Part shown: positions 23,776 to 36,344 of the stretch, piece after piece | Numbering within the stretch: position 1 is the first letter of the stretch | How the letters are laid out: every line of letters begins with the position of its first letter | Assembly: GCF_004010195.1 (NCBI RefSeq) | Contig: NC_057719.1 | Span: 6,904,740 to 6,968,739 of the forward strand | Length of the DNA: 64,000 nucleotides | DNA from: Chiloscyllium plagiosum | Taxonomy: Eukaryota | Direction: 5' to 3' | Program-made: the position numbers and the translations under genes | Notes under the pieces: generated by a model | The model's database searches: none | Told to the model about the DNA's origin: nothing | Seen by the model: the letters and a program-made list of their open reading frames with translations, nothing else

Positions 23776-26700
23776 ACCCACTGGGCAAATCTTTGCATAA
23801 TTAGAAGTTCCTCTCCTTCAGCAGAGGCTTTAGTAAATCATGAACAAAATGGTGCACACACACCTAAGCCATTTGTTTAAAGTGTTTGTCCTGACGCTGG
23901 TTAAATGACTGCGTAGTGTTAATTTGGCCTATAGTTGAGGCTGTGTAAAATTACTTGTTTCCAAACATATATTTGGTTTCAGTAAAGGTCTAACTGATGT
24001 GTTATTGGGATATACATTAGTGTAGATGTGATTTGCTGTATTTCCTTCTCCACTGTACTCTGAGGATGGTATTGTACACCTACTGGTTATGGGTAGGATT
24101 TTAGGCAATAAAGGATGATATTCAAGATCTTTATTGCAGCATTGCTTTGGTGCTTTTGTGCCATTTCTATTTTGTGATACATTTTAAACTAGGATCACCA
24201 TATATGTTTGTTCTCTGGGAGTGGTCATGTTAACAATGCCAGTTTGCATCAGTCCCCAAATTAACATCCTAAAGGTTTACAGATATCGGATTTAAATCAG
24301 GAACCACATGAGGGTGGTCTGTAAAATTTGCAAGGCTGTGCTCCCTGGTAAGTTCAGATTGGTGAATGCAATATCAGTTTCTTTTGCTCACCATGTTGAG
24401 TAGATGGGCACACTGACCCCAATTTCGTGTCGAGATCATGCTCTTTGCTGTTGTCCTCCTCCATTGAATCCTGAGATTGAACTGTTTACTTGTGCAGTGT
24501 GTTGATGTGAAATCAGCTTGGGAGACCATTGGCAACTGGACTATGAACAGCAGCTGAAGCCATGCTATGTGGATGTCTCAGAAACCAGATCAGTGCAAGG
24601 TCTATGGTTTCAAAGGTGATGGTGACTGTCAGGTTGGTTGCTGCTAGTTTTGGTTCATAACCCTTACCCTAATTTAAAACCAAATTGTCACAATTATCTT
24701 TATTAAATACTGTTAATTCAAAATAGCATTATATTTCTTTCCTATTGTTGCTGTCACAGTTGTAGAACATGTTTGTGATGTAAAGTGGTTGGATACTGAG
24801 AAATTATTGCAGAAATACTTCTGATGTGAAGTTGAGATGACATTTTCTCTATTTCAGCTTCAACAATAAATGTATCTTTTCAGTTGCACTACATTATGTT
24901 TCCACTTTTCATTAAGCCACATAAGCTGTCTGGAAAGCTTAGTGAATCTAAAAAAACAATTAGCTGTACCACACTGTTGGAACCCAGATTTTATCTTGAG
25001 GGTAGTGTAGAGACCTTGGTGTGTCTCGGACAGGGAGGGGAATTCTTGAGCTGCTTTTTGAATGATTCTTAATGCAAGCTCATGCTCTCTCGTGAGGATC
25101 ATGTTGGACTTGGTTGTAATACATCTCATTATCATACAGCCCACCAAAACCCACCATTGTGAAGCATACTTGAAGAATTTCCATTTTGGCAGTTTCTAAG
25201 AGAAAGTCAATCTTTGAAGGAACTGTGCTGCAACAAGGTAATAGGACGTGGAGTTAAAGGGAAGAATAGAAGACCAAGTTGTGATTTTATTTTGCATGTC
25301 TAGTTTGTCTCCATTGCTGTGAAATTCACTTTGAAATATGAGGTAGTATGGGTCATGCAAGTATATTGCAGAAGTGCTTGCGTCGTAAAGTAGTGAACAA
25401 TGAAATTGTGATTGAAATTGAGCAATCACAATTAAAGAAATTTGTGCACTTGTGTGCCCACAGAAACAAACCTGATGAGCTGTGAGTGAGACTAGAATAT
25501 TGTCTTAGATTGGATTGTCTTGATTTGCGTTGTGGCGATCCTTTTCTGTAATACGTATGAACAATCCATTTTGGAAGCAATTTGACGGTTTCTAAATCCA
25601 GGAGGCATAGTAATGGTCAAAATCAAAGTTCATTCATTCCCTGTTATTTAGCACTCCATCCACCTATTTATTGTTCTTGCTCTTTTGTTTTTTTCCAAAG
25701 TTGTTTCTCATTTATGAAAGTACTGTAAATTTGAGCTAATATCACATTGCAGTACAAATTGTCATTCTGTGCCATTTTGATTGACTTTTAGCAGCAACGG
25801 AGGCGATATTGTATACTGGAACTGTTTGCACTTACCAAGGCCAGAACTACTCAAGGGTAAAACTGGGATTAAAGGACAGGAGTAGGCCATTTAGTCCCAT
25901 TCTGCAATCCTGAGAAATCATGACTGATCTCTGGTATTAACTATAATAGGATGTTTTCCCTCCCATCAAATAATAAATGATTATCAATCTCAAACTAAAA
26001 CTAATAAATGCTAGTTCAAGAATGTGCTCCAACCTTCTACCACCAATTTATGTAGACGTGACTTTGCTGAAAAAGCTGGTACAAAGTTTTAGCCTATGGC
26101 CCTGGACCTAGACTCCATTACCAGGAGATAAGGTTTCTTTCAATCTACTTAGAAAATATTCACCCAAATTGATTAAGTTCGAGGGATTTGTTTCTGTTTA
26201 TTTGCTTATTTTACCTTTAATATGTTTCCCTTTCTATTGTTTATAATTGTGCCACCAGTACTTTTGTTATTGGCAAATTGTAATGGGTACTTTAATATGT
26301 ATTTGTACTATCAAACTCAAATAAATGTTAAATAATTGAAACCCTTTCTCATATCCCTGTGGAACACAACCAGTTATCTCCTGCCATACAGAATACCTGT
26401 TGTTCCTACCTTTAGTCTCTTGCCATTCGAATAACTACCCTGCCAAGTTGATAATTTGCCTTGAATGTCAAGGACTTCAACCAGTGTTCCCTTTTAGATT
26501 GTGTAGTGAGCAGCAATTGGCAATATGCCGAACAGTAAACAAACATGCTGTGGATAAGCAACATTCCTTTAAGGTACACAAATGCATGGTCGTGCATTAA
26601 TCTTAAAAAGACAATAGAGTATGTACACAAAAAAAACACTGGAGGGATCACTCACCGATCAACTTTATCGGGTAGGCTCTTATATTTCGAGACAATTTAA

Positions 26701-26859
26701 ATTCGACATATGTAGACATTCCTCTGTCCAATACTTACCCAACAAATCATATCAATTTTTTTTAGAGATGGCTATGACTTATCCACTACACATCTGTGCA
26801 GTTTCTCTTGGATTGGCTGGTTTCTTAATAAACTTTAAATTTCTTGCCAACAGATCTGG

Positions 26860-27540
26860 TCAGGTTACGCCAGGGAAGTATAGGACAGTGAATTGTGTCA
26901 CCAGTGGTGGGGAAGCATTTGGGGGAAAAAATGTTTTGAACACCTAATTAATCTTAATTTGGATTAATCAAGGGTAGTCCGTATGTCTTTGTCAGAGAGG
27001 CATCCTGTCTGACAGGTTTGATTTTAAAGAGATGATTATAAATGAGGGTCATGCAGTTGAAATAGATCATGTGGACTTCAGAAGACTGGTCAAGATGGTT
27101 AGAGCCCATGCAAACCCGGGCAATTTGGCAAACTGGATCCAAAATTGGCTTAGTGACAGGAGGCAGTGGGTAATGGATGAGGTTTTTGTGGTTGGGAGTT
27201 TGTGTATAATGGCATACTGCAGGGTTTAGTGCTATGCTATTTGCTGTTTGTGTTGTATATTAATGGTCTAAACACAAATTTAGGAATTTTGATTAGTAAG
27301 ATGAAGCTGACATACAAATTCATGTGGTAAACTAGCCTTAAATTACAGGGCAATTTAGACAGGCTGGTCAGATGGGCTGAAGGCTCTATAGCCAAATTTG
27401 TGGGTGACCCAAAAATAGTCAGGATGGTACATTGCAGTGAGGAAGTGAGAACTTTATGGATATAGGTAGGTTAGGAGAGTGGGCCAAAATGTGGCAGATG
27501 GAGTTTAATGTGAATAAGCGCGAGGTCATTTATTTGGATT
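26860..27540 (+). mobile_element. Degenerate CR1 RT fragment
   Basis: PGKYRTV; INEGHAVEIDHVDF; GNLANWIQNWLSDRRQWV. Confidence 0.7.
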
Positions 27541-27559
27541 GAAAAAAAATGTAAAGAAT

Positions 27560-28270
27560 TGTACCATCGGTCCATGTGGCACTCCACTAGTAAAGGTTGC
27601 CATCCTGAAAATATGCCCCAACCTCTATTCCCGCTCTGTTTTCTGTTAGTTCTCATGTTAGCAGTAATAGAGGATTGGCTGTCTTCAATGCTCTGGGCTC
27701 TTGTCTTGAGTAGCCAAATGTGTAGTACCTTATGAAACACCTTTTGAAAATCTAAATATGTTAGATCTACTGTTTCCCCTTTATCTAACATTCTAGTAAA
27801 ATTGTCAGGCATGATTTCCCCTTCTTGAATCAGTGCTCAATCTATTTGATCATATTATATAATTCTAAGTGCTGTGCTCTGACATCCTTTATAATAGATT
27901 CGAACATTTTCCTAATGACCGACATTAAGTTAGTGACTGTGTAATTATCCATTCCTTGTTTGCTTCCCCTTTTATGAATAAAGATGTCACATTGGCAGCT
28001 TCGAAATCTGCTGGGACTTTTTTGGAATCTAAGGATTTTTACAATGGCACATCCACTGTCCTTGTAGCGATTCCTTTTAATATCAGAGAATGCATTCCGT
28101 CAACTCTAGAGAATCATTGGTCTTTAGCCCCTTTAGTGGTTTTTCACCAGTGATAGTCATTAATTTTTTTTTCCTTTTTGCCCCTTGAGTATTTAGTAAT
28201 TTTGGAATGCTATTTGTGTCTTCTCTTCAATTCAACTTGTGCCATTTCCAGGTTCCCCATTATTATTTTG
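27560..28270 (-). mobile_element. Degenerate CR1 RT fragment
   Basis: LDKGETVDLTYLDFQKVFHKVLH in ORF 27471-27812. Confidence 0.7.
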
Positions 28271-28929
28271 CAGCCTTGTTATGTAAGCCTAGTAATATTT
28301 CGGAATAGCAGATGTAATTCATTTTTTTTAGGTCAAAGTTGACAAATATTCAAAGGATTTTGAGGAGGGAACAGGACATTGGGATTGTCTGAACAAAGAT
28401 CTCAAACAGTGGACCAAAATAGTTTATTGTGCTGTAAATTTATCTGATTATGCTTCATGCCTCTAGATAGAATTTCAGTAACAATTTTAAGTGCAAATGA
28501 AACAAAATACCTTTTTCTGGTCCAGTTTGAAATGAAGTTTTTTATTACTGCTGAGGGAGGACTGAGCCAGTTGTGGATGATTGGAGAAATTTTATGCATG
28601 AAAACAATTGATTATGGAATTTAACAGCTCTGACATTTGGTAATCAATCTAGCATTTTATTAATCAGGATAATACAGAACCTGCTAAAAGCCAGGATCAG
28701 GAGACCCACTCAAATATAAGGAATCCAAGCTTGACCTTTGCACAGCCATTAAGACTGGCAAGGACCAATACCGATTTAAACTAGAGACCCAGACAGATAC
28801 CCGGTGACTATGGCAAGGACTGAATGACATTGCAGGTTCTAAAAAGAGTCACAGTGCAAGATAGCAAATGATGACACCTCCCTCCTAGATCGTCTGAACA
28901 CCTATGCTCGCTTTGAGCAGAATTTCAAC

Positions 28930-29135
28930 AGAGTCATAGAGATGTAGAGCACTGAAACAGATCCTTCAGTCCAACCCATCCATGCTGACCAGTTATCCCA
29001 ACCCAATCTAGCCCCACCTGACAGCACCTGGCCCATATCCCTCCAAACCCTTCCTATTCATATACCCATCCAAATGCCTTTTAAATGTTGCAATTGTACC
29101 AGCCTCCACCACTTCCTGTGGCAGCTCATTCCATA
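28930..29135 (-). mobile_element. CR1/HER1 3' end
   Basis: IWNELPQEVVEAGTIATFKRHLDGYMNRKGLEGYG followed by the 3' tail. Confidence 0.85.
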
Positions 29136-29136
29136 T

Positions 29137-29755
29137 CTTTTGCTGTTTGAATTCGTGCATCGCTGGACATCGGAGTGCGTCTGGGAAAATTAACAAATCA
29201 GTGAAATTCACAACTGATCTTGGAGGAACTGTTTGGGTGAAGTCGCAGCACAGAATCAGATAAGTGAATAGCTTTAAGTGTGGCCTACAGAAAGTCTGCA
29301 GTAATGAGTAGAGTGGGTTCTTTCTTGATTATATGTTTGTTTTGAGATATGTCTCCTGATTAAACATAAAATATAAGCCATAACTATTAATTTAACCTGG
29401 AGCAGTGTTTTGTAGAGTAATAAGACAGTGTTATTTTCTGGGTCTGTAGATTGTGAAGGAACAAAAATAGCCTTTAGTAGAGTGATATGTGCTGCTTGTC
29501 AGATGTGGGAGTTTAAAGAGTTTAAGGGTTACTGTGGATTATATCTGCAATAAATGCTGTTGGTTGTGAATCCTTTTAGATCGAATGGATTGGTTGGAGA
29601 GACTATTAGAGGCAGAGGAATTTGCAACAGCAACAGTATGTGATGGATGGCAGTTATAGGAAAGGGGAAAAGTCACATAGATGGGTTAACTCCAGGAAAG
29701 ATAAGGTAGGCAGTTAGTGCAGGAGTCTTCTGTGGCTGTCCCCATTTTAAACAAG
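29137..29755 (+). mobile_element. CR1 5' UTR and ORF1 N-terminus (zinc finger/leucine zipper)
   Basis: AFSRVICAACQMWEF...DYICNKCCWL.ILLDRMDWLERLLE: two CxxC pairs followed by a leucine repeat, typical of CR1 ORF1. Confidence 0.65.
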
Positions 29756-30693
29756 ATCGAGAGGTAACACCTATTCCGACAAGTCCTGATGAACCTATCC
29801 AATCGTCACTGCATCAGAGGTCAGATTGTTTTTTCTTTGTGTGAATCCAAGGAAAGCAATGGGACCAAATTGAGTAGCAGGCAGTGCACTCAGAGCACGT
29901 GCAGATCAACTGGCAGAGGTCATCTCGGTCATCTTCAACCTCTCCCTGCAGCAGGCCACTGTCCCTGCCTGTTTCAAGAGGGCCAACATCATCCCTGTGC
30001 CTAAGAAGGCTCATGCAGCATGTCTCAATGACTAGCGCCCAGTCACCCTAACTTAGGTGGTCATGAAGTGCTTTGAAAGGCTGGTCATGGCATTAATCAA
30101 CTTCAGCCTCCCCACTACTCTTGGCCACTCCAATTTGCCTATCGGACTGACCGATCCACGTCAGATGCAGTATTACTTGTCCTTCACTCCTCCCTCGCAC
30201 ATTTTGACACCAAGAACAATTACGTAAGAATCCTACTCATTGACTACAGTTCAGCCTTCAATACTATTATCTCCTTGAGACTGATTGCTAAACTTAAGTC
30301 CCACTCTGTAACTGAATCCTCAGTTTCCTGACCCACAGGCCACAATCAGTGAAGATTGGGGACAATATTTCATCCTCAAGCTCAACACTGAAGCCTCCCC
30401 AGGTAGACTGGTTAGAAAGATTAGATCATGTGGAATGCAGGGAGAACTAGCCATCTGGATACAGAACTGGCTCGTAGGTAGAAGACTGAGGCTGGTGGTG
30501 GAGGTTGTTTTTCAGACTGGAGACCTGTGACCAGTGGTGTGCCACAAGGATGGGTGCTGGGTCCACTGCTTTTTGTCAATGATATAAATGATTTGGATGT
30601 GAACATAGCAAGTATGGTTAGTAACTTTGCAGATGACACCAAAATTGGACGTGTAGTGTACAGCAAAGAAGGTTGTCTCAGATTACAGTAGAA

Positions 30694-30890
30694 GAGAAAA
30701 TGAGGTCTGCAGATGCTGGAGATCAGAGATGGAAATGTGTTGCTGGAGAAGCGCAGCAGGTCAGGCAGCATCTAGGGAACAGGAGAATCGACGTTTCGGG
30801 CATTCCTGAAGAAGGGCTAATGCCCGAAACGTCGATTCTCCTGTTCCCTAGATGCTGCCTGACCTGCGCTTCTCCAGCAACACATTTCCA
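30694..30890. mobile_element. Fold-back PLE family-A short element with ~18-bp TSD and an intact hammerhead motif at 30804-30835 (+)
   Basis: TSD tctcagattacagtagaa (30676-30693) / tctcagaatacagtagaa (30891-30908). Core CUGAAGA-A-GGGC-UAAU-GCCC-GAA-ACGU-C. Confidence 0.8.
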
Positions 30891-31324
30891 TCTCAGAATA
30901 CAGTAGAATCTTGATCAGATGGGCCAGTTGGCCAAGGAGTGGCAGATAGAATTTAATTTAGATAAATGTGAAGTGCTGCATTTTGGAAAGGCAAATCAAG
31001 GCAGGACTTATTCACTTAATGGTAAGGTCCTGGGTAGTGTTGCTGATCAAAGATACCTTGGAGTGCAGGTCACAGATAGGATAGTGAAGGCAGCATTTGG
31101 TATGATTGATATTATTGGTCAGAGCATTGAGTATAGGAGTTGGGAGGAAATATTGCAGCTGTATACGACATTGGTTAGGGTACTACTGGAATACTGCGCG
31201 CAATTCTGGTCTCTCTGCTGTAGGAAGGATATTGTGAAACTCTCAACTCTTTTTCTGAACCCTTACAAGGGGGGGAACATTTTCATAGGGGGTGTGTGTA
31301 TGGAATGAGCTTCCAGAGGAAGTG

Positions 31325-31570
31325 GTGGACAAGCAGTAGGCTGGAAAAACACAAGCCAGACAGCATCAAGAGGTGGAGAATCAATGTTTGGGTGTAACCC
31401 TTCAGGACTGGGGGTGGGTGTAAGGGGTGCTTCAGATAAAAGGGGTGGAGGGGCAGGGTGGTCAAGTGGGGACCTGTAAACACAAGTCGAAGGTATGATC
31501 TGGTTGATCAATCCGGTAGGTGGCAAGGAGGAATTAGGGTAAGGGAAGGGAGTTTATTGGAAATTGGAGA
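31325..31570 (-). mobile_element. PLE 3' UTR/pLTR fragment (family A-related)
   Basis: ggctggaaaaacacaagccagacagcatc...gaatcaatgttt...cccttcagga plus a G-rich 3' UTR like that at 38570-38800. Confidence 0.55.
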
Positions 31571-32464
31571 ACAGTTTACTGAGATGTTGCTGGGAATGGA
31601 GAGTTTAAGTTAGAAAAATAGGTTAGCTGGCTAGGACTACTTTTCACTGGAGTGGAGGAGGTTGAGGGGTGACCTTTTATGGAGGTTTATAATATCAGTG
31701 TCATAGATAAATGGTACGTGTCCTTTCTTTCAGGTGGGAGATTTTCAAGGCAATGTGGTCATGAGTATACAGTGAGTTTTGGGTGGGGCGTATTTTCAAG
31801 GAGTAAGGATAAGGATTTGAAGACATGAGGGGCAACTGTTTTTTAGCGGTTTGTGTGTGGAGAAAACTGCCAGAGGAAGTAGTGGATGCAGGTACAGTTA
31901 CAATGTTTTAAAGACACTTAGATAATTTCATGAATAAGAAATGTTTGGAAGGATATGGTCCAAGCACAGGCAGATGATGCTAGTTTAGTTTAGGAATATA
32001 GTCCGCATGAACTGTTTGGACCAAAGGGTCTGATTCTGTGCGGTATGACTCTGACTCAGTGCCAATTTGAGTGCACTTTTGATCACAATTGATTGGCTTA
32101 TTCCATGTTTTCACCTGGTTTCATTTGTTGGCCTTGTACAGAAGTTCTTTTGTTTGAGCTGCTGTTCGGCTGTATGTACGTTTTGTTTATGCAGCCATAT
32201 ATTTTGAATGCTTGTGCTTCAAAGCAATACACAAGACAGGGCTCTGGGTTAGTGTGAATGAAATTTCTAGAATATAGAATGAAATTGTTTCGAGCACTAG
32301 TGCAGTGTGACAGTTGAAACTTGTGCACTATTTCATCCTGAACGCAAGGTGCTTGTCGGCCCCAGCAAAATGATATTAGAATAGTGAATAATGCAAGTAA
32401 ACAGGAACATGACAACTTCAGAATCAAAACAAGTGGAATAAATTTTTAATGTCATAATAAGTTC

Positions 32465-32765
32465 TTTTTCCCCCAGGTCATTACGCTTTATGCAACTGTA
32501 ACACGCCAACCTCTGTGAACAAGCAACCAAATTTTATTAAGCACAGTACAGTATAAGTTTTGGAGAAACCTTTTAACGCACTTCACGGGGCTTACGGGGT
32601 CATGGTAAAAGTTCTCTCCGAGCAAAGGAAACGGTCCTTCCTTTACCCGTATACAAAATCTTTATCATAGTTCGTAATGCCCATGAGACAGACCCCAGTC
32701 ACTCCCTCACAGTCACATGCCACTCAAGATACAATGCAGTGACCATTTCACCTCCAGAGACATTG
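32465..32765 (-). repeat. Unclassified LTR-like dispersed repeat, copy 1 of 3
   Basis: Shares atgcaactg..acac..ctgtgaac..ttttatta..gcaaaggaaac..atacaaaatcttta..cagtcacatg..ctcaaga with 40310-40650 and 35845-36440. Confidence 0.65.
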
Positions 32766-32777
32766 AGTTGAGTTCTA

Positions 32778-33690
32778 ACGCTCAACACTGGAGCTTCCCA
32801 AGGGTGCGTACTCAGCCCCCTACTGTGCTCACTGTATACCCATGACCGCATTGCCAAATACCAGACTAATGCCATTTACAAGTTCACGGATGACACCACC
32901 ATAGTCTGTCGAATCTCTGATGGCGACGATACAGACTACTGACAGGAGGTGGAAGACCTGGAAAAATGGTGCACTGAGAACAACCTAGCTTTCAATGCTG
33001 GCAAAACCAAGAAACTCATTATTGACTTTCGGCGGAATATTACTCATGTCCTCCTACACATTAACAGCACAGAGGTGGAACGAGTGGAGAGTGTGAAGCT
33101 CCTGGGAGGGGTCATCCACAACAAGCTTTCTTGGACTCATGTGGACACACTGGTTACAAAGTGCCAACAACATCTCTTCGGCAGCTGAGAAAATTTGGCA
33201 TCACTGCAAATACCCTTGCCAACTTTTATAGGTGCGCCATCAAGAGCATTCACTTTACCTGGTATGGCAACTGTACCATTTAAGATCAGAGACGGTTACA
33301 GAGTGTGGTGAACTCGGCCCAGACAATCACAGGCCAGCCTCTCATTTGTTGAATATATCTATCAGGCCCGCTGGCAAGGAAAAGCCGCCAGCATTCCCAA
33401 AGATCCATCCCACCCTGGCAATGTTTTTCTACAACCTCTACTATCGGGGAGAAGGTACAGAAGCCTGAACACGCACCAGCCAGTTTTGTAACAGTTTCTA
33501 CCGTACTGTTATTAGAATATTGAATGGACTCTCAAACTCTTAGCATTCGCTTGTACGAGTTTTTGTTTTTGCTGCTTATGTATTATTTGCTTAACTATGC
33601 TACTTAACTATGTGATCTGCCTGTATTGCTCGCAAGACAAAGCTTTTCACTGTGCCTCGGTACATTTTGAACTATAAATTCAGTTCAATT
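32778..33690 (+). mobile_element. Rex1/Babar LINE 3' portion
   Basis: LNTGASQGCVLSPLLCSLYTHD...IYKFTDDTTIV; EDLEKWCTENNLAFNAGKTKKLIIDFRR; ends in an (ATTCA)n-like tail. Confidence 0.85.
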
Positions 33691-33724
33691 TGGTGAGTGT
33701 TTTGTACTGTAATCTGTTGTTGTT

Positions 33725-34235
33725 AATTCATGGGATGAGTGTCACTGGCTAGGCCAGTATTTATTGCCGGTCCTAATTGTCTTTGAGGTTAGCTGCCTTC
33801 TTAAACCCTGCAGTTGATTTGGTGTAGAAACCCTACAGTACTGTTAGGGCAGGAGTTCCAGGATTTGATCAAACGATAGTGAAGTAATACTGATATATTT
33901 CTAATAATGATTGGCTTGGAAGTGAACTTACAGGGAATGGTGCTTACATCTTCAGGATGTCATTCTTGATGATAGTGGAGTGATTTGGAACGTTTTGTGT
34001 AACGAGCCTTGGTAAATTTCTGCACATCTTGGAAATGTTAAATACTGGTACTGAATGTTAGTGGTACAGGAAGTGGATGTTTGTGATACAGTGCTAATCA
34101 AACCGGTTGTTTTGTCCTGGATGGTTTCAGGCTTCTTGAATGTTGTTGAAGCTGCGTTCAACCAGGCAAGCAGAGAGTATTGCACCACACTCCTGAGTTG
34201 TGTCTTATAGATGGTGGACAGACTTTGGGGAATCT
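33725..34235 (-). mobile_element. CR1/L2-group LINE 3' end
   Basis: VQYSLLAWLNAASTTFKKPETIQDKTTGLI; minus-strand tail gcaataaatactggcctagccagtgac...cccatgaat. Confidence 0.65.
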
Positions 34236-34504
34236 GTTGTATGTGGTTTTCAGAACAAAGTTTTGCTTCAAAGGTGGAATTTGATAGGGCTTTAAGAAGA
34301 GTTTATCTCTTTTCCCAAACTTAGGCTGGCTTATTAATGAGATCTAGTTTTTGTGCAGTTATACTTTTTAATGAACAAAACTGTGAGAATAGTCATTGTA
34401 GATTTTTTTGTCCCTAACTTGATTCTAACTGTGCGCTCACTTGTTTGTAATGTCAAAGTCGTACTTCGCTTATTGCCCAAAAAAACTTCTCCGTTCAGCT
34501 TCGC

Positions 34505-34682
34505 AGAATCCCTACAGTGCGGAAACGGGCCATCTGGCCCAACAAATCCACACTGAGCCTCTGAAAAGCAAACCAACCCAGACCCATCTCCCCACTCTTT
34601 CCCTGTACCCTACATTTCCCATGGCTAACGCACCTAACCTATACAGCCCTGAACACTGGGCAATTTGTCATGGCCAATCTGC
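34505..34682 (-). mobile_element. HE1-type SINE 3' fragment
   Basis: agaatccctacagtgcggaaacgggcc...gggcaatttgtcatggccaatc. Confidence 0.7.
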
Positions 34683-35059
34683 CTTCTGTTTGCAGTTAAG
34701 CATATTAGGCAGTGATTTTAAAACTGCCAGGTATGAATTAATTGATCTGTTTTTCCACTTCATAATTTCAATAAAAAGAGTTAATATTATCTATTTTGGC
34801 TCCTTAAAATCTCTTTGAAATAGGGGAAAAAAAAGAAATCTGCACCAGAACAAAATATTAGATTGCTTTTTTTAAAGCATGGCTTTCTTTCATAAAGTAG
34901 GAGAAAAGTTTGATTAGCAAACTAGATGAACGCACATTAATTATTTTTCCCTTTGAAACCATTCTGCAGTACAAATAAGCTGTTGTCAACATTGTCATGA
35001 CCTGTGATCAGTTGGATAAAGAAACTGCTCATAGAAGACGTGATGAAAATCCTCTTAGC

Positions 35060-35840
35060 ACTCCTAAAGATAAGATTGTGAAGTACTTGGGAAGTGCATG
35101 GTAAAATAAGATTGAGTCAGCGTAGCTTCAAGGAGAGGTCATGCCCGCCAAACCTGTTAGGATTGTTTTGAGGAGACTATGAGCAAGTTAGACAAAGAAA
35201 AGCCAGTGAATGTGATTTATTTGGATTTCCAGAAAACCTTTGACAAGGTGCTGCATAGGAGGCTGCAAATCAAGATAAGAGCCTTTGTTGTTAGGGGGCA
35301 AGGTACTGTCATGGAGAAAGGATTGGCTGACTGGCAGAAGGCAGAGAGTGAGGGGGTAAAGGGATATTTTCCAGGCTGGCAGCTGGTGACTAGTGGGGTT
35401 CTGCAGGAGTCGGGGTTGAGACCACAATATTCATGTTATATGTTAATGAGCTGGTCAAAATGATGGAAGGCATTGTTGCTAAGTTAAGTTGACAATGATA
35501 AATGGAGGGGCAGGTAATGTTGAGGAAGCAAGAGGCTGTAGAAGGAATTTGACGAGGGCAAAGAAGTAGCAGATGAAATGCAATGTGGGGAAAGTAAGAG
35601 GTTGTACACATTTAAGAAGCATAGAAGTGTCGACTGTTCTAAGCAGGGAAGGCTTCAGAAATCTGAAGCATAAAAGGGACTTGTTCAAGATTCTCATTGG
35701 GTTAATGTGCAGGTTTAGTTGGCAATTAGGAAGGCAAATGCAATGTTAGCATTCATTTCAAGAGGGCTAGAATGCAAGAGCAAGAATGTTCTGCTGAGGC
35801 TGTATAAGGCTGTAATCAGACAGCATTTGGAATATTGATG
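35060..35840 (+). mobile_element. Degenerate CR1 RT fragment
   Basis: SKLDKEKPVNVIYLDFQKTFDKVLHRRL. Confidence 0.8.
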
Positions 35841-36122
35841 TTAGGTTTTTTTCCCAAGATTTCTCACTTGAGATGCAATTCATACACACCAACTTCTGCA
35901 AATAGTTAAAGTTGATTAAAGCTTGTACAAGCTAGGTGACCCCTTTTGATCCTCTTCGTAGGTGTGCAAAGTCAAGTCAAAAGAGGCCCTGAACAAAAAA
36001 AAACACACCCCATTTATACAGGTCAGTTGGTAATGCTCACAGATACTCTCGCCACTCCCTGACAGTCACATGCCACTCTAGACAACCCCCATAACTGTGT
36101 TACTCAGGTACAATGATAGGGT

Positions 36123-36344
36123 GAGCTGAAAATGTGTTGCTTGAAAAGCGCAGCAGGTCAGGCAGCATCCAGGGAACAGGAGAATCGACGTTTCGGGCAT
36201 AAGCCCTTCTTCAGGAATCCTGAAGAAGGGCTTATGCCCGAAACGTCGATTCTCCTGTTCCCTGGATGCTGCCTGACCTGCTGCGCTTTTCCAGCAACAC
36301 ATTTTCAGCTCTGATCTCCAGCATCTGCAGTCCTCACTTTCTCC
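36123..36344. mobile_element. Fold-back PLE family-A element with a near-perfect 94-bp palindrome and TSD
   Basis: Arms 36123-36216 and 36218-36311 differ at one position around a 1-nt centre. TSD acaatgatagg at 36110-36120 and 36345-36355. Confidence 0.88.
36215..36252 (+). ncRNA. Minimal type-I hammerhead ribozyme motif (family A), with a mirror copy on the - strand
   Basis: GAAUC-CUGAAGA-A-GGGC-UUAU-GCCC-GAA-ACGU-C-GAUUC: 5-bp stem I, 4-bp stem II, palindromic ACGU stem III, GUC site. Confidence 0.75.

Larger units (their letters stand above)
28680..30403 (+). mobile_element. Rex1/Babar LINE, 5' portion of a fragmented copy, interrupted by CR1 pieces at 28930-29755
   Basis: LWQGLNDI...SLLDRLN; VNPRKAMGP...ADQLAEVISVIFNLSLQQATVPACFKRANIIPVPKK...RPVTLT.VVMKCFERLV; RILLIDYSSAFNTII. 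Confidence 0.8.
30405..32055 (+). mobile_element. CR1 LINE 3' part with nested PLE-derived insertions
   Basis: [21 protein letters not shown]...FADDTK; WQIEFNLDKCEVLHFGKAN; ends ggaccaaagggtctg...gtatgactctgact. Confidence 0.85.

Noticed and set aside
12031..36344. Recurrent palindromic repeats as a CRISPR-like array
   Set aside because: They are dispersed over kilobases with individual TSDs and no repeat-spacer periodicity, in vertebrate DNA with no cas genes.
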